Assembly: GCA_963695545.1 (NCBI GenBank)
Contig: OY968796.1
Location: 1,920,001 to 1,984,000, forward strand
DNA from: Terriglobia bacterium
Lineage (GTDB): Bacteria > Acidobacteriota > Terriglobia > Acidiferrales > UBA7541
Length of the DNA stretch: 64,000 bases
Reading direction: 5' to 3'
The stretch's first letter is position 1; each line of letters begins with the position of its first letter. The notes beneath the pieces are model-generated. The model saw only the letters and a list, made by a program, of their open reading frames with translations. It ran no database searches and was not told the DNA's origin. The position numbers were made by a program, and so were the translations under genes. Positions 20,797 through 31,167 of this stretch are shown piece after piece.

Positions 20797-22693
20797 CGAA
20801 ATAGGTTCGCAAAGGTGCGTAATACTGCATGTCGTAATAAAAACCGTCGAGCGTCACCGATCGCTCGAAATGCAGAGCGCCCGGCTCTTTGGTGCAGGAA
20901 AGCTGATAGGTGCCGAATGGCGTAGGGTGATTCACCGGCGCGGGAAGATCGTCGGCTTCGAGAAGCAGCGGGAGCGTCAGCGTGACGTCGTCGCGGTACT
21001 CCCAGGGGTAATCGAAATAGATCGGATAGACTCGCAATGGGTGATCGAAACGAGGCAAGCCCGCGTCGGAAAAGAAATTCTCCGACAGCAGAACGCGATG
21101 CCCCGCATTAGCGCCCACGGGCCGCGTCCGAACATCGAACTCCGCGCGGAGCGGATTGTCCGAGCCGGCCCAATCAGGCTGATTCGTCAGTGTGAGCGTG
21201 GCGCCGGCAGCGAGCCAAGAGGTGACTTCGTCCGTCAAGGTTTTCGCGCGGTCGGCGTCGTCTTGATCGTCCGCGTTCTGGCGCCGGGCCATGGCCTCTT
21301 GCCCGGAGAACACCACGACGAGCTTGCCTTTGAGCCAGCCGTCGTCTCCCATTTGCAGCGTCGCGGTGCGCTGGACGACGGCGTCGGAACTCTTTAGAGA
21401 TGTCGTGGTCACAAACGTTCCGCCCTTATCGTCCAATGCCAGCCCCTGCACTCCGGTTTCCGGCCATGGCAACTGGCCGAAGCCGCAGTGCGGCGCGGCG
21501 GGATCGAGAAAAAGATCCTGGCCGTTCAGCTTTACCAGAACCACGTCGCCATCCATTTGCCGCTCGTCGAGAATTCTCGGACTGAAGAAATACTGGGAGC
21601 GACCTGAGATTCTGACGGAGCTGGCGTCGAAGCCCGCGGCTCGCGCCAGCGCGATGAAGAACCAGTTGACGTCCGTGTCGTAGCCGTAGCCGTTCTTCAG
21701 CACGTCCTCGGCGGTCTTGTCGTCCTTCAGCTTCTCTGACTTGATCTCTTCCGCGGTTTTTTCCGGCTGGTTGGACAAATTGCGAATTTGCTGGGCTCGC
21801 GCGTAGAGCTTCCTGAGCCTGGTTTCCTGAGGATCGCTCGACGGGGCAACCTTGTCGGCTTCGTCGCGGACGGCGGAATTGTGCCCGACGAATTTTTCGG
21901 TTTCGTCGTACCATTCCTTTCCCTGTTTTTTCCAATATTTGTTCGGGTCCGTGGTTTGATCGTCGGTGTAGTAGAAATCGAACTTTCCCTGGATGGCGTC
22001 GTCCGGCGGCGCGAAATCTTCCGATTCGATGCCGGGCAGATTTTGCGCGTCGAGATGAACCAGATCGTCGGCGCCTCTCGTCGCGGTGACGTTGGGCGGA
22101 ACTCTTTGCGCCTGCATCATCAGCACGTAAGCTTCTTCATATCGTTTCAGCGTGCAATGCAATTGGCGCGTAAAAAGATCTTCGTTGACGTACCAGGTGG
22201 TCCGGAAAAGGAGCTGGGGATCCCACTCGACCCGGTATTTGTACTCGATGATACTCCCGGTTTCGACATCGGGCATATTGAACGTGCTCTCGAGCACTTT
22301 CACGCCGTGGGCGCGCACCACAATTTGGTCAAGAGCCTTGCCTTCCCACGGAACAATCGTGCCGTCCGGATGGATCGTGCGGCCGCGAATCATAGCCACG
22401 TGGTCGTACGCGCCGTTGTAGGCGATCTCCACGGCGCCGAACTTTTTGCCCGCGTCGGTGAGAATCTTGACGCGATAGTAGTAGTCCGCGGTTCCGCCAA
22501 GGTCGTCACCGACGACCTCGCGATAAAGGTAGATCGCGGAGGCGCCGGGAGCCAGGGGCTCCGACTTCATGGCCAGATCCGCCGGGTCGATCGGCTGCCA
22601 CTGGTCGCCGGTGGCGGCGCGGCCCGGCGCAGATCCGGCAATCGCCAACGTAGCCGCCAGCGCCGAGCAGAGGACAATCCGGTTAAGTGTCAT
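20720..22693 (-). CDS. DUF3857 / transglutaminase-like domain protein, degenerate active site (exported)
   Basis: Signal peptide, GRTIHPDG, GSIIEY and FLDPA; paralogous architecture but no GDC motif. Confidence 0.85.
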   Translation of the reverse strand: MTLNRIVLCSALAATLAIAGSAPGRAATGDQWQPIDPADLAMKSEPLAPGASAIYLYREVVGDDLGGTADYYYRVKILTDAGKKFGAVEIAYNGAYDHVAMIRGRTIHPDGTIVPWEGKALDQIVVRAHGVKVLESTFNMPDVETGSIIEYKYRVEWDPQLLFRTTWYVNEDLFTRQLHCTLKRYEEAYVLMMQAQRVPPNVTATRGADDLVHLDAQNLPGIESEDFAPPDDAIQGKFDFYYTDDQTTDPNKYWKKQGKEWYDETEKFVGHNSAVRDEADKVAPSSDPQETRLRKLYARAQQIRNLSNQPEKTAEEIKSEKLKDDKTAEDVLKNGYGYDTDVNWFFIALARAAGFDASSVRISGRSQYFFSPRILDERQMDGDVVLVKLNGQDLFLDPAAPHCGFGQLPWPETGVQGLALDDKGGTFVTTTSLKSSDAVVQRTATLQMGDDGWLKGKLVVVFSGQEAMARRQNADDQDDADRAKTLTDEVTSWLAAGATLTLTNQPDWAGSDNPLRAEFDVRTRPVGANAGHRVLLSENFFSDAGLPRFDHPLRVYPIYFDYPWEYRDDVTLTLPLLLEADDLPAPVNHPTPFGTYQLSCTKEPGALHFERSVTLDGFYYDMQYYAPLRTYFDEARNADQMQVMLEAAGAQGTQAKQ

Positions 22694-22836
22694 GGTTTCT
22701 GTCCTTTACAGTAGCAGTTCTCCGCGCGGGTGTCCCACGGCAACGGTCTGGGTGACCGGTGCTGCCGCTCGGAGGTGCGAAAGCCGGCGTTCATGTTCCC
22801 TGCCCGTCAAGGCCTAAACGTCAAATGGTGGGGGGA

Positions 22837-22865
22837 ACCATAATCGCTCGTACCCTTCGTGTCAA
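22837..22865 (-). promoter_or_regulatory. Sigma70 promoter for the DUF3857 gene pair
   Basis: TTGACA-N17-TATGGT on the minus strand, about 140 nt upstream of the ATG at 22693. Confidence 0.6.
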
Positions 22866-23053
22866 TGGTTCTGTGGTGCTGATGTGTAGCCGCATATACT
22901 CGCCTGGGAACTTCGGCGCCCGTTCTCCCGCACGCGATAATCGGTTGGCAATCCGCGCCGCTAATCCAGTATTCCGTGGCCGGATTCTGAGCCATAATGC
23001 CCGGCATCCCGATGCAATGTTCGGGGTCATGCGCTGGCGCGCGGGGGTGAGGT

Positions 23054-25228
23054 GTGGCAACCAAGCCGTGGAGTTCGACGGCACCGGCCGATGAATTCCG
23101 GCCGTACGTTCCGCCGGAAGCGAATCTGCCGGAGTTCACGCTTCGCGCGATCCTACTGGGCATTCTCGCCGGACTTTTCTTCGGCGCGGTCACCGTGTAC
23201 GTGGGCTTGCGCGCGGGGCTCACGGTTTCGGCTTCGATTCCCATCGCGGTGCTTTCGATCAGCATCCTGCGCGGCTTCGGCAAAGTCAGCATCCTCGAAA
23301 ACAATATTGTGCAGACGACCGGCTCGGCCGGCGAGTCCATTGCGGGCGGCGTGATTTTCACGCTGCCGGCGCTCATTTTTTTGGGCTATCCATTGCAATA
23401 TTGGAGCGTTTTTTTTCTCGCGCTGATCGGCGGCTGGCTGGGCGTGCTCTTCATGATTCCGCTTCGGCGGCAACTGATCGTCAAAGAGCACGGGAATCTT
23501 TTGTATCCGGAAGGCACTGCGTGCGCGGATGTGCTCGTCGCCGGCGATCGCGGCGGCTCGTTCGCCAGCCGCGTATTTTGGGGATTGGGACTCGGCGGAG
23601 CGTATTCGGTGCTGATGAACACGCTTAACGTGTGGCTCGACACGCCGACGTATAACCCGAAATGGCTGCCAGGCGCGTCGCTGCGCTCGAACATCACACC
23701 CGAATATCTCGGCGTGGGTTACATCATCGGTCCGCGCATCGCGGGAGTGATTCTTTCCGGCGGCGTTTTTTCCTGGCTGGTGCTGATGCCGGCGATCAAA
23801 TTCTTTGGCTCGCTTGCTCCGGGACTGGCGCTCTATCCCAGCACGGTTCCGATTCCGCTGATGACCTCCGACCAGTTGTGGGCGAGTTACGTTCGCCCGA
23901 TGGGCGCGGGCGCGGTGGCCGCGGCGGGCGTGATCACGCTTGCAAAAACCATGCCGACGATCTGGAGCGCGCTTGTGGCCGGCCTGAAAGATGTTCGCGA
24001 AGGCGGCAAATCCGAGGGCGCCGCGCGCGTGGTGAGCCGCACCGACCGCGATCTTTCCATGAAAGTCGTGGTGTTCGGATCGATCGCCGTGCTCGTAATG
24101 ATGTGGGCGCTTCTGACTTTCCGGCCGATTCCCGGCGCCCAGACTTCTTTCGTCGGCAATCTCGCCGCCGCGCTGTTTGTGGTGGTGTTCGGTTTTTTGT
24201 TCGTCACGGTGTCGTCGCGAATTTGCGGCCTGATCGGCAGCAGCTCGAATCCCATTAGCGGCATGGCCATCGCCACGTTGATGGCCACCTGCGCGATGTT
24301 TCTAGTGGCAGGTTGGACGCGCGGAAATTATGCCGTGCTCGCGCTGACCATCGGCGGAGTGGTCTGCGTGGCGTCCGCCAACGGCGGCGGCACTTCGCAA
24401 GACCTGAAGACCGGTTACCTTGTCGGCGCGACGCCGTCGAAACAGCAGCTCGCGCTGATCATCGGCGCGATGGCTTCGGTTTTCGCGATCGGCGGCACGT
24501 TGAAATTGATGAACGTGGGCTTGGCGGAATACAAGCCGGTCGAAATCGCGGTTGACGTCGCCAATTTACCCGCGGGCGCTCAGGTGGAAAATCAGAATTA
24601 CGCCTATCAGGGAAAATCGTACGTGTTGATCAACGCCATCGGTTCGCACGACGTGCCCGACGGAAAATATCTCTACGATCCCGCAACGCATAAGATCGAA
24701 ATTCAGTGGGTGCAGGGAATCGGAAGCGATAAGGCTGCGGCGCCGCAGGCGCGCCTGATGGCCACGGTGATCAATGGGATTCTGAATCACCAATTGCCCT
24801 GGCGCCTGGTGCTGCTCGGCGTGTTCCTTGTGATCACGGTTGAATTGCTCGGCGTGCGCTCGCTGCCGTTCGCGGTAGGCTCGTATCTTTCGATCGCGAC
24901 AACTTCCGCAATTTTCGCGGGTGGTTTGGTTCGCTGGCTCGCCGAACGCGGCCGGAATACCGACAAGCGCCAGGGCGAAGGCGAAACTGGCCCCGGCCCT
25001 CTTTATGCCAGCGGCTTGATCGCCGGCGGCGGAATTTTCGGATTGTTCGGAATCGTGATCGCGCTGCTTGAAGACTCGGAATTTAAATACCACATCTTCC
25101 GGCCCGGTCTGTTTCAGATCGGGCCGCGAATTGCGCCATTCCTCGCGGCGAGCCATGTGTTTGCGCTGAGCATGTTCGCGCTGCTGATGGCCTCGCAATT
25201 TTATTTCGCGCGCAAGAAGATGAATTAA
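23054..25228 (+). CDS. OPT-family oligopeptide transporter
   Basis: EFTLRA, SASIP, ENNIVQTTGSAGES, YPEGTACA, QDLKTG and APQARLM motifs. Confidence 0.93.
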   Translation: MATKPWSSTAPADEFRPYVPPEANLPEFTLRAILLGILAGLFFGAVTVYVGLRAGLTVSASIPIAVLSISILRGFGKVSILENNIVQTTGSAGESIAGGVIFTLPALIFLGYPLQYWSVFFLALIGGWLGVLFMIPLRRQLIVKEHGNLLYPEGTACADVLVAGDRGGSFASRVFWGLGLGGAYSVLMNTLNVWLDTPTYNPKWLPGASLRSNITPEYLGVGYIIGPRIAGVILSGGVFSWLVLMPAIKFFGSLAPGLALYPSTVPIPLMTSDQLWASYVRPMGAGAVAAAGVITLAKTMPTIWSALVAGLKDVREGGKSEGAARVVSRTDRDLSMKVVVFGSIAVLVMMWALLTFRPIPGAQTSFVGNLAAALFVVVFGFLFVTVSSRICGLIGSSSNPISGMAIATLMATCAMFLVAGWTRGNYAVLALTIGGVVCVASANGGGTSQDLKTGYLVGATPSKQQLALIIGAMASVFAIGGTLKLMNVGLAEYKPVEIAVDVANLPAGAQVENQNYAYQGKSYVLINAIGSHDVPDGKYLYDPATHKIEIQWVQGIGSDKAAAPQARLMATVINGILNHQLPWRLVLLGVFLVITVELLGVRSLPFAVGSYLSIATTSAIFAGGLVRWLAERGRNTDKRQGEGETGPGPLYASGLIAGGGIFGLFGIVIALLEDSEFKYHIFRPGLFQIGPRIAPFLAASHVFALSMFALLMASQFYFARKKMN

Positions 25229-25257
25229 TTCGCCGCGCGGCGCCGGGCGAAGGCAGG

Positions 25258-25920
25258 TTGCTAATCGTAGCCAGCCAGGACAAAGCGGAAATAGGCGGAC
25301 TGACCAAGAACCGCGTCGAGACGCTCACCGACGGCGTCTTTGCCATCGCCATGACGTTGATGGTTTTCACGATTCGTGTTCCGCAACTCGAGGGCGGCGC
25401 CGTTTCGCAGCTATCGCACCGGCTGCTCGAGCTCTGGCCCACTTTTTTCATCTATGGCGTCACTTTCGCGGTGCTGGGAATTTTCTGGGTCGCGCACCAC
25501 ACTCATTTCTATTTCGTGCGCCACATCGATCGAAATTCGATCTGGATCAACATGACGTTTTTGCTGTTCATCACCACATTCCCGTTTTCAGCGTCGTTGT
25601 TGGGCGCTTATCCGGGGCAGCGCGTGGCGGTAATTTGTTACGGCGTCAATCTGTCTCTGGCCGCGCTTCTGCTTTTCTGCCATTTGAAATACGCGACCGG
25701 CCGCGGCCGATTGACGGGCCCCGAGAAGGACGAAAAAGGTCTGCGCCTGGCTAAGCAGCGGTTGCTCGCGTGTCCGTTTTTGTGCGGCGTTTCGATTGTG
25801 CTTTCGTTTTTCCACCCGCTTATCGCCAGCATGCTCTACTTGGTGATTCCCGTGATGTACATCATTCCGGGTCGCGTGGACCGTTACTTCGCCGATGTGC
25901 TTGCGGGCCGCGCCGGTTAG
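25258..25920 (+). CDS. TMEM175 family potassium channel protein
   Basis: RVETLTDGVFAIAMTL and FWVAHH; six TM segments. Confidence 0.85.
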   Translation: MLIVASQDKAEIGGLTKNRVETLTDGVFAIAMTLMVFTIRVPQLEGGAVSQLSHRLLELWPTFFIYGVTFAVLGIFWVAHHTHFYFVRHIDRNSIWINMTFLLFITTFPFSASLLGAYPGQRVAVICYGVNLSLAALLLFCHLKYATGRGRLTGPEKDEKGLRLAKQRLLACPFLCGVSIVLSFFHPLIASMLYLVIPVMYIIPGRVDRYFADVLAGRAG

Positions 25921-25962
25921 AGGACTTTGACTCCCGGAGTTCCGGCCCTTAGACTGAGGACG

Positions 25963-26742
25963 ATGGACTCTTCCGCACGCTCGTACCGCTTCCGCACCAA
26001 TTGGAAAGGATTTGTCACTCCCGCGATCAAGGCGATCGTGTTGATTTGCACCGGCGTCTTCCTGGCCCAGACGTTGGTGCAATTGTTTTGTCCTCCGGCG
26101 ATAACGGGCTACGTGAACCATTCGCTGGGACTCGCCCCGTATTACGTGACGCACCGCGGATGGATCTGGCAGCCACTGACTTACATTTTTCTGCACGGCG
26201 GAATCTGGCACATTCTCCTCAACATGCTTTTCCTGTGGATGTTTGGAGTCGATCTCGAACGCGCTTGGGGAACGCGCCGCTTCTGGAATTATTTTTTGGT
26301 GACCGGCATCGGCGCCGGCGTCATAAACATTCTGGTGAAAACGGCGCTCGATCCACACGGACTGGGGATGTCGCTTGTGCCGACCATCGGCGCTTCTGGC
26401 GCGATATATGGCGTGTTGGTCGCCGCGGCGGTGATGTTCCCGGATCGGCAGGTGTGGCTGATTCCGTTTCCCGTGCAGATTCCGATGCGCATCTATGTGA
26501 TCGCGGCCGTGGCCATCGAATTTTTCTTCACGCTGGGAGCCGGAGGAGACAACGTCAGCCATGTGACGCATCTGGGCGGAGCGCTGGTGGGATACATTTA
26601 TTTGCGGCGCGGATCGTTCATGTTTCGCGCGCGCAATGGATATCTCGATTGGAAGCGCAAGCGCGCGCGGCGCAAGTTCGAGGTTTACGTGCGCGATCAC
26701 CACGACGAGCCGCCTTCGCGGCCGGATAACTGGGTCAATTAA
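25963..26742 (+). CDS. Rhomboid intramembrane serine protease
   Basis: WQPLTYIFLHG, HILLNM, GASG and THLGG motifs. Confidence 0.92.
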   Translation: MDSSARSYRFRTNWKGFVTPAIKAIVLICTGVFLAQTLVQLFCPPAITGYVNHSLGLAPYYVTHRGWIWQPLTYIFLHGGIWHILLNMLFLWMFGVDLERAWGTRRFWNYFLVTGIGAGVINILVKTALDPHGLGMSLVPTIGASGAIYGVLVAAAVMFPDRQVWLIPFPVQIPMRIYVIAAVAIEFFFTLGAGGDNVSHVTHLGGALVGYIYLRRGSFMFRARNGYLDWKRKRARRKFEVYVRDHHDEPPSRPDNWVN

Positions 26743-26779
26743 GAAGCCGTGCGCAGGATTCCTCGCAGAACTTCGCTGC

Positions 26780-28234
26780 TTAGGCCGTGCCGCCGTTGCC
26801 CGTCGCACTTCCGTTCACGGGTGTGCCGACCACGTGGAATTTCATGAAGTTCGTCGTGCCGCCGACGTTGAATGGCGTACCCGCGACGATCCCAATGACG
26901 TCGCCGTTGCGTACAAGACCCTCCTCGAGCAGGCGACGCTCGGCCATTTCTTCGAGATCTTCCAGGCTGCGAATGGCGCCAATCGTCCGCGGCATCACTC
27001 CCCAATAAAGTGACATCATGCGGCGGGTCGCTTGCACCGGCGAAAAAGCCACTACGGGCGGCCGCGGGCGGTGCTTTGAAACCAGGCGGGCGGTCGGCCC
27101 GGTCTGCGTGAAGACGGCGATCACTTTCATCTGCAGTTCTTCGGAGGCGTGGCAGATCAGCTCGGCCGTGGTCTCGGCAACGTCGAGTCTGTGGGGAGCG
27201 GGCCGGGGGTAATGTTCGATATTGGCTTCGGCCTCGGTGATGATGCGGTCCATCATCTCGACCGCCTCGACTGGATAACGGCCGCTGGCGGTTTCGGCCG
27301 ACAGCATCAACGCATCGGTGCCGTCGAAGACGGCGTTGGCAACGTCAGACGCCTCGGCGCGCGTGGGGCGCGGATTCTCAATCATGGATTCGAGCATTTG
27401 CGTCGCCGTGATTACCGGGCGGCGGGCGTCGCGCGCGCGGGCGATCACCATTTTTTGCACCACCGGCACGCGCTCCGGGCTCATTTCCACGCCCAGATCT
27501 CCGCGCGCGACCATCACGGCGTCGGCCAGCGTCAGGATTTCATCGAGGTTTTCGATGGCCTCGGGCTTTTCGAGTTTCACGATGATCGGAGTTTTCGAGC
27601 CGGCCCGCGTGATGGCGGCGCGCACCGTGCGCACGTCGTCGCCGCGGCGAATAAAACTGACGGCGATATAATTCGCGCCGTGTTCGAGCGCGAACTTCAA
27701 ATCTTCGCGATCTTTCGACGTCAGCGCCGGCACGCGCAGATGCACGCCCGGCAAATTGATGCCTTTATGTTCGCCGAGCTCGCCTCCGTTTGAGACTTCG
27801 CAGACGATCTCGGTCTGCCCGGCCGATTTCACGCGCAGCTCGATCAAACCGTCGGCCAGCAGGATGCGGTCGCCGCGCTTCACTTCGCGCGGCAGGCGAC
27901 GGTAGCTTGTCGAAACACCGAGGCTCGTGCCCACTTCGCCGCCGGTCGAAATCGTGAATCGTTGACCGGATCGCAACTGCACGGGCTTTCCTTCCACGAG
28001 CAGGCCCGTGCGGATTTTCGGACCTTGCAGATCGGCGACGAGAGCAATCGGTTTTTGCAGTTTCGCCGAAGCTTGGCGGAGCCGCCCGATCAATTCTGCG
28101 TGGCGCTCGTGATTGCCGTGCGAGAAATTCACGCGTGCCACGTCCATCCCCGCGCGCATCAGGCTGGTGATCATGGGCAGAGAATCGCTTGCGGGACCTA
28201 GCGTGCAGACAATTTTTGCGTGCCGGAATTTCAT
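26780..28234 (-). CDS. pyk: Pyruvate kinase
   Basis: KIVCTLGPA, NFSHG, DLQGPKIR, MVARGDLGVE, ATQMLESM and MLSAETA. Confidence 0.97.
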   Translation of the reverse strand: MKFRHAKIVCTLGPASDSLPMITSLMRAGMDVARVNFSHGNHERHAELIGRLRQASAKLQKPIALVADLQGPKIRTGLLVEGKPVQLRSGQRFTISTGGEVGTSLGVSTSYRRLPREVKRGDRILLADGLIELRVKSAGQTEIVCEVSNGGELGEHKGINLPGVHLRVPALTSKDREDLKFALEHGANYIAVSFIRRGDDVRTVRAAITRAGSKTPIIVKLEKPEAIENLDEILTLADAVMVARGDLGVEMSPERVPVVQKMVIARARDARRPVITATQMLESMIENPRPTRAEASDVANAVFDGTDALMLSAETASGRYPVEAVEMMDRIITEAEANIEHYPRPAPHRLDVAETTAELICHASEELQMKVIAVFTQTGPTARLVSKHRPRPPVVAFSPVQATRRMMSLYWGVMPRTIGAIRSLEDLEEMAERRLLEEGLVRNGDVIGIVAGTPFNVGGTTNFMKFHVVGTPVNGSATGNGGTA

Positions 28235-28284
28235 GGGCCTCCCCTGATACCCGAGGCGCTAGCCGGCCGGCGGCAGGCGGCTGG

Positions 28285-29757
28285 CTATTGCGCTTGAACG
28301 AAGCTGCTGACCACGTGATACAAAAACGCGACGCCGGTCGGAATGCTCGCGAGCGGAATTCGCTCGTCATCGGCATGCATTCGCGAATCGTCCGCATCCG
28401 TCAGCGGAAATGGCAGCAGGCCGAAGGCCTGCACGTTGTGCAGCCGCAGTTGAGCGGAATCGGTGGCGCCGGTCGAAAGCTCGGGCACGACGACCGCGCC
28501 GGGAAAATCCTGCGGCGCGACGCGCTCGATGGTCTTATACAGCGGCGAATCGAGTGACGATGACGGCGCGTTTTCGCCGGAATCCGCAGCAATGTCGAAA
28601 TGAATCTGCGGATCGGCCACAACTTTGGTGAGTTGCGCGATGATGTCGTGAATTGAATCGCCGGGCATTAGGCGGATATTCAGGTTGGCGTGCGCCTCGG
28701 AAGGAATCACGTTCACGCGAACGCCCGCGGCGAGCATCGTCGGCACGATGGTATCGTGGAGCATCGCGCCCCAGGCCGGATTCATATCGCCCAAGTGATG
28801 CATGGCCAATTCCAGGCGCTCCGGTTCGTCGATCGCGCGCATCCATTTCCCGGTTTCGTCGTCTTCGATCGGCGCGAGTCCCTCGAAATAGCGCAGCGTG
28901 ACCGCGGTCGGTTCGGGCGGCATCTCGAAAGCGCCAATCTTCGTGATCGCGGCGGAAAGATGCACGACGGCGTTATCGGGAAGCGGCCGCGAGGCATGGC
29001 CCGAAGTGCCGAGCGCGGTCACCGTAACGTTGTACGGAACTTTTTCGCTCGACTGCACGGCCACGTATTTCACTTTGCCGTCCACCAGCGTCACCAGGCC
29101 GCCTTCATTCAGCGCGAAGCCGCACGCGAATTTGTCCCAGTATTTCGCGATCACCGGCTTGATGCTGGCATCGCCGCCCTGTTCTTCGTCGTCGTCCGCC
29201 AGGAATACGAGGTCGCGGCCGAGACGCATTCCCGATCGCTTGATGGCGATAAAAACCGCCAGGTTCGCGGCCACCATGCCTTTGTCGTCGATCGCGCCGC
29301 GGCCGTAGAGATAACCGTCACGCGTTACGGCCGCGAACGGGTCCACACTCCATTTGCTCGCGTCTACGCCGACCACGTCCAAGTGGCCCAGCAAAAGCAG
29401 CGCTTGCGAGGAATCCGCGATGGCTCCGGCTTGCAGGCGCGCGACCACGATTCCGCGCCCCGGCGCGACTTCGATCACTTCCGCGGCAATGCCTTCTTTT
29501 TCCAGCACGCCGGCGATGTATTTCGCGGCAGGCAATTCGTTGCCGGGCGGGTTGGTGGTGTTGATGCGAATCAAATCCGTCAGCCAGCCGGTGGTTTCCT
29601 GGGCCAGCGCGTTCAAATCCACGCCGGGCGAGAGCGGAGCTTGCGCGGCAGGCGACGCTAGAACAGGATGCTGCTGCGCGCGCAGTGGCGATCCTTCAAC
29701 GAGGACGATCGCCATAATCAATGCGAGTACAATCCAACCCCGAACGCGAAGATTCAT
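28285..29757 (-). CDS. M20/M25/M40 family metallohydrolase (exported)
   Basis: GHLDVV, GRGAIDDKG, DEEQG, GATDS and HADDE; signal peptide. Confidence 0.9.
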   Translation of the reverse strand: MNLRVRGWIVLALIMAIVLVEGSPLRAQQHPVLASPAAQAPLSPGVDLNALAQETTGWLTDLIRINTTNPPGNELPAAKYIAGVLEKEGIAAEVIEVAPGRGIVVARLQAGAIADSSQALLLLGHLDVVGVDASKWSVDPFAAVTRDGYLYGRGAIDDKGMVAANLAVFIAIKRSGMRLGRDLVFLADDDEEQGGDASIKPVIAKYWDKFACGFALNEGGLVTLVDGKVKYVAVQSSEKVPYNVTVTALGTSGHASRPLPDNAVVHLSAAITKIGAFEMPPEPTAVTLRYFEGLAPIEDDETGKWMRAIDEPERLELAMHHLGDMNPAWGAMLHDTIVPTMLAAGVRVNVIPSEAHANLNIRLMPGDSIHDIIAQLTKVVADPQIHFDIAADSGENAPSSSLDSPLYKTIERVAPQDFPGAVVVPELSTGATDSAQLRLHNVQAFGLLPFPLTDADDSRMHADDERIPLASIPTGVAFLYHVVSSFVQAQ

Positions 29758-29982
29758 GCAGCTCTCCTGTATCGGATAACCTGCGGGCTCAACGCGGCGC
29801 CATTTCTCAACGCGGAGCTATTAATCGTAACACGACTCGCGCGCGCCCGGTCCGCGATCGTCCGGCGCGTGGACCAGAAATGAACGTCCTGGAAGCGCCC
29901 CGAAATTGAACATCCCGAGGTTTCGTGGCAGCATCTCATCGTTCCGGGAAGCCACGGGTCAGGCGCGGAGGAGGCACCACCG

Positions 29983-31116
29983 ATGTCATCGATTTCCGCC
30001 ATTATTCGCAGCGCATTTTTGGGCATATTGATCAGCACGTTTTTAATTCCCGCAGGCGAACTCACCGCGCTCGCGCAGGAATCGGGCCCCGTGCAGCCGA
30101 CTCAGCCGACGCAGCAGCAGCCCGCGCAGGAAGCGCCCGCGCCGCAAGCGCAGCCGCCTGCCGCGTCATCGGGCGCCGAGCAGCAAACTCCGGCGCAGCA
30201 AGCGCCGCCGAATGGATACTCGATTTCGGTGACGGTGCCGGAAGTCAACGTGGACGTAGTGGTGACGGACAATAACGGCACGTACTTGCCCGGCCTGAAA
30301 AAAGAAAATTTCCGCGTGTTCGAGGACAACGTGCCGCAGACGATCACGAGCTTTGCGCCCACCGAAGCGCCGATCACCATCGTGCTGCTGGTGGAATTCA
30401 GCACGCTGGGCGGCGGATTCTTCTTTTACAACGGCAGAAATTGGGCCGCCGAATTTTTGGGATTGCTGCGTCCGAACGATTGGGTGGCGCTCGAAGATTA
30501 TTCGATGCAAACCCACGTTGACGTGGATTTCACGCACAACACCAACGAAATCATGCAGTCACTTTCCACCATGATCTTTCCACCGTTCCACGAAGCCAAC
30601 ATGTTCGACGCGCTTTCGGACACGATCGATCGGCTGCGCGACGTGAAGGGCAAGAAGGCCATCCTTCTGCTCGGCACGGGAATCGACACCTTCAGCAAAT
30701 TGACGCTCGACAAAATTATGGCCGAGCTGAAGGAAACCGACGTTTCCATCTACTTCGTCAGCACCGCGGGCGCGAACACGTTTCAGGGCCAGCCGACCAG
30801 CATGACGTTTCTGCAGGCGCAGAACGAACTGAATACTTTCGCCAAACTAACCGGCGGGCGCGCCTGGTTCCCGAACTTCGAGGGCGAAATCCCCGATATT
30901 TTCAAGGACGTCGCGGCGAGCTTGCGCAGCCAGTACACCATGTCCTACATCCCGTCGAACAAAGCGCTCGACGGAAAATATCGCAAGATCAGAATCGACC
31001 TGACCGCGCCGGATGGCGGGCCGCTCACCGTGCTCGATCAAAAGGGCAAGAAAGTTAAGTTCTACGTCTACGCGCGCCAGGGTTACGTGGCGCCGAAATC
31101 GAATATTCCGGATTAG
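29983..31116 (+). CDS. VWA domain protein (acidobacterial type, exported)
   Basis: Signal peptide, Pro/Gln linker, VVVTD...GL.KENF.VFED, TGGRA and LRSQY. Confidence 0.85.
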   Translation: MSSISAIIRSAFLGILISTFLIPAGELTALAQESGPVQPTQPTQQQPAQEAPAPQAQPPAASSGAEQQTPAQQAPPNGYSISVTVPEVNVDVVVTDNNGTYLPGLKKENFRVFEDNVPQTITSFAPTEAPITIVLLVEFSTLGGGFFFYNGRNWAAEFLGLLRPNDWVALEDYSMQTHVDVDFTHNTNEIMQSLSTMIFPPFHEANMFDALSDTIDRLRDVKGKKAILLLGTGIDTFSKLTLDKIMAELKETDVSIYFVSTAGANTFQGQPTSMTFLQAQNELNTFAKLTGGRAWFPNFEGEIPDIFKDVAASLRSQYTMSYIPSNKALDGKYRKIRIDLTAPDGGPLTVLDQKGKKVKFYVYARQGYVAPKSNIPD

Positions 31117-31167
31117 CGCCTCGCGCCGGAGATCGCGGGCGCGTCCAACCGCTTTGCGCAATCTCTG

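Noticed and set aside
30090..30210. CAG/CCG-rich repeats
   Set aside because: They encode the Pro/Gln linker of the VWA protein
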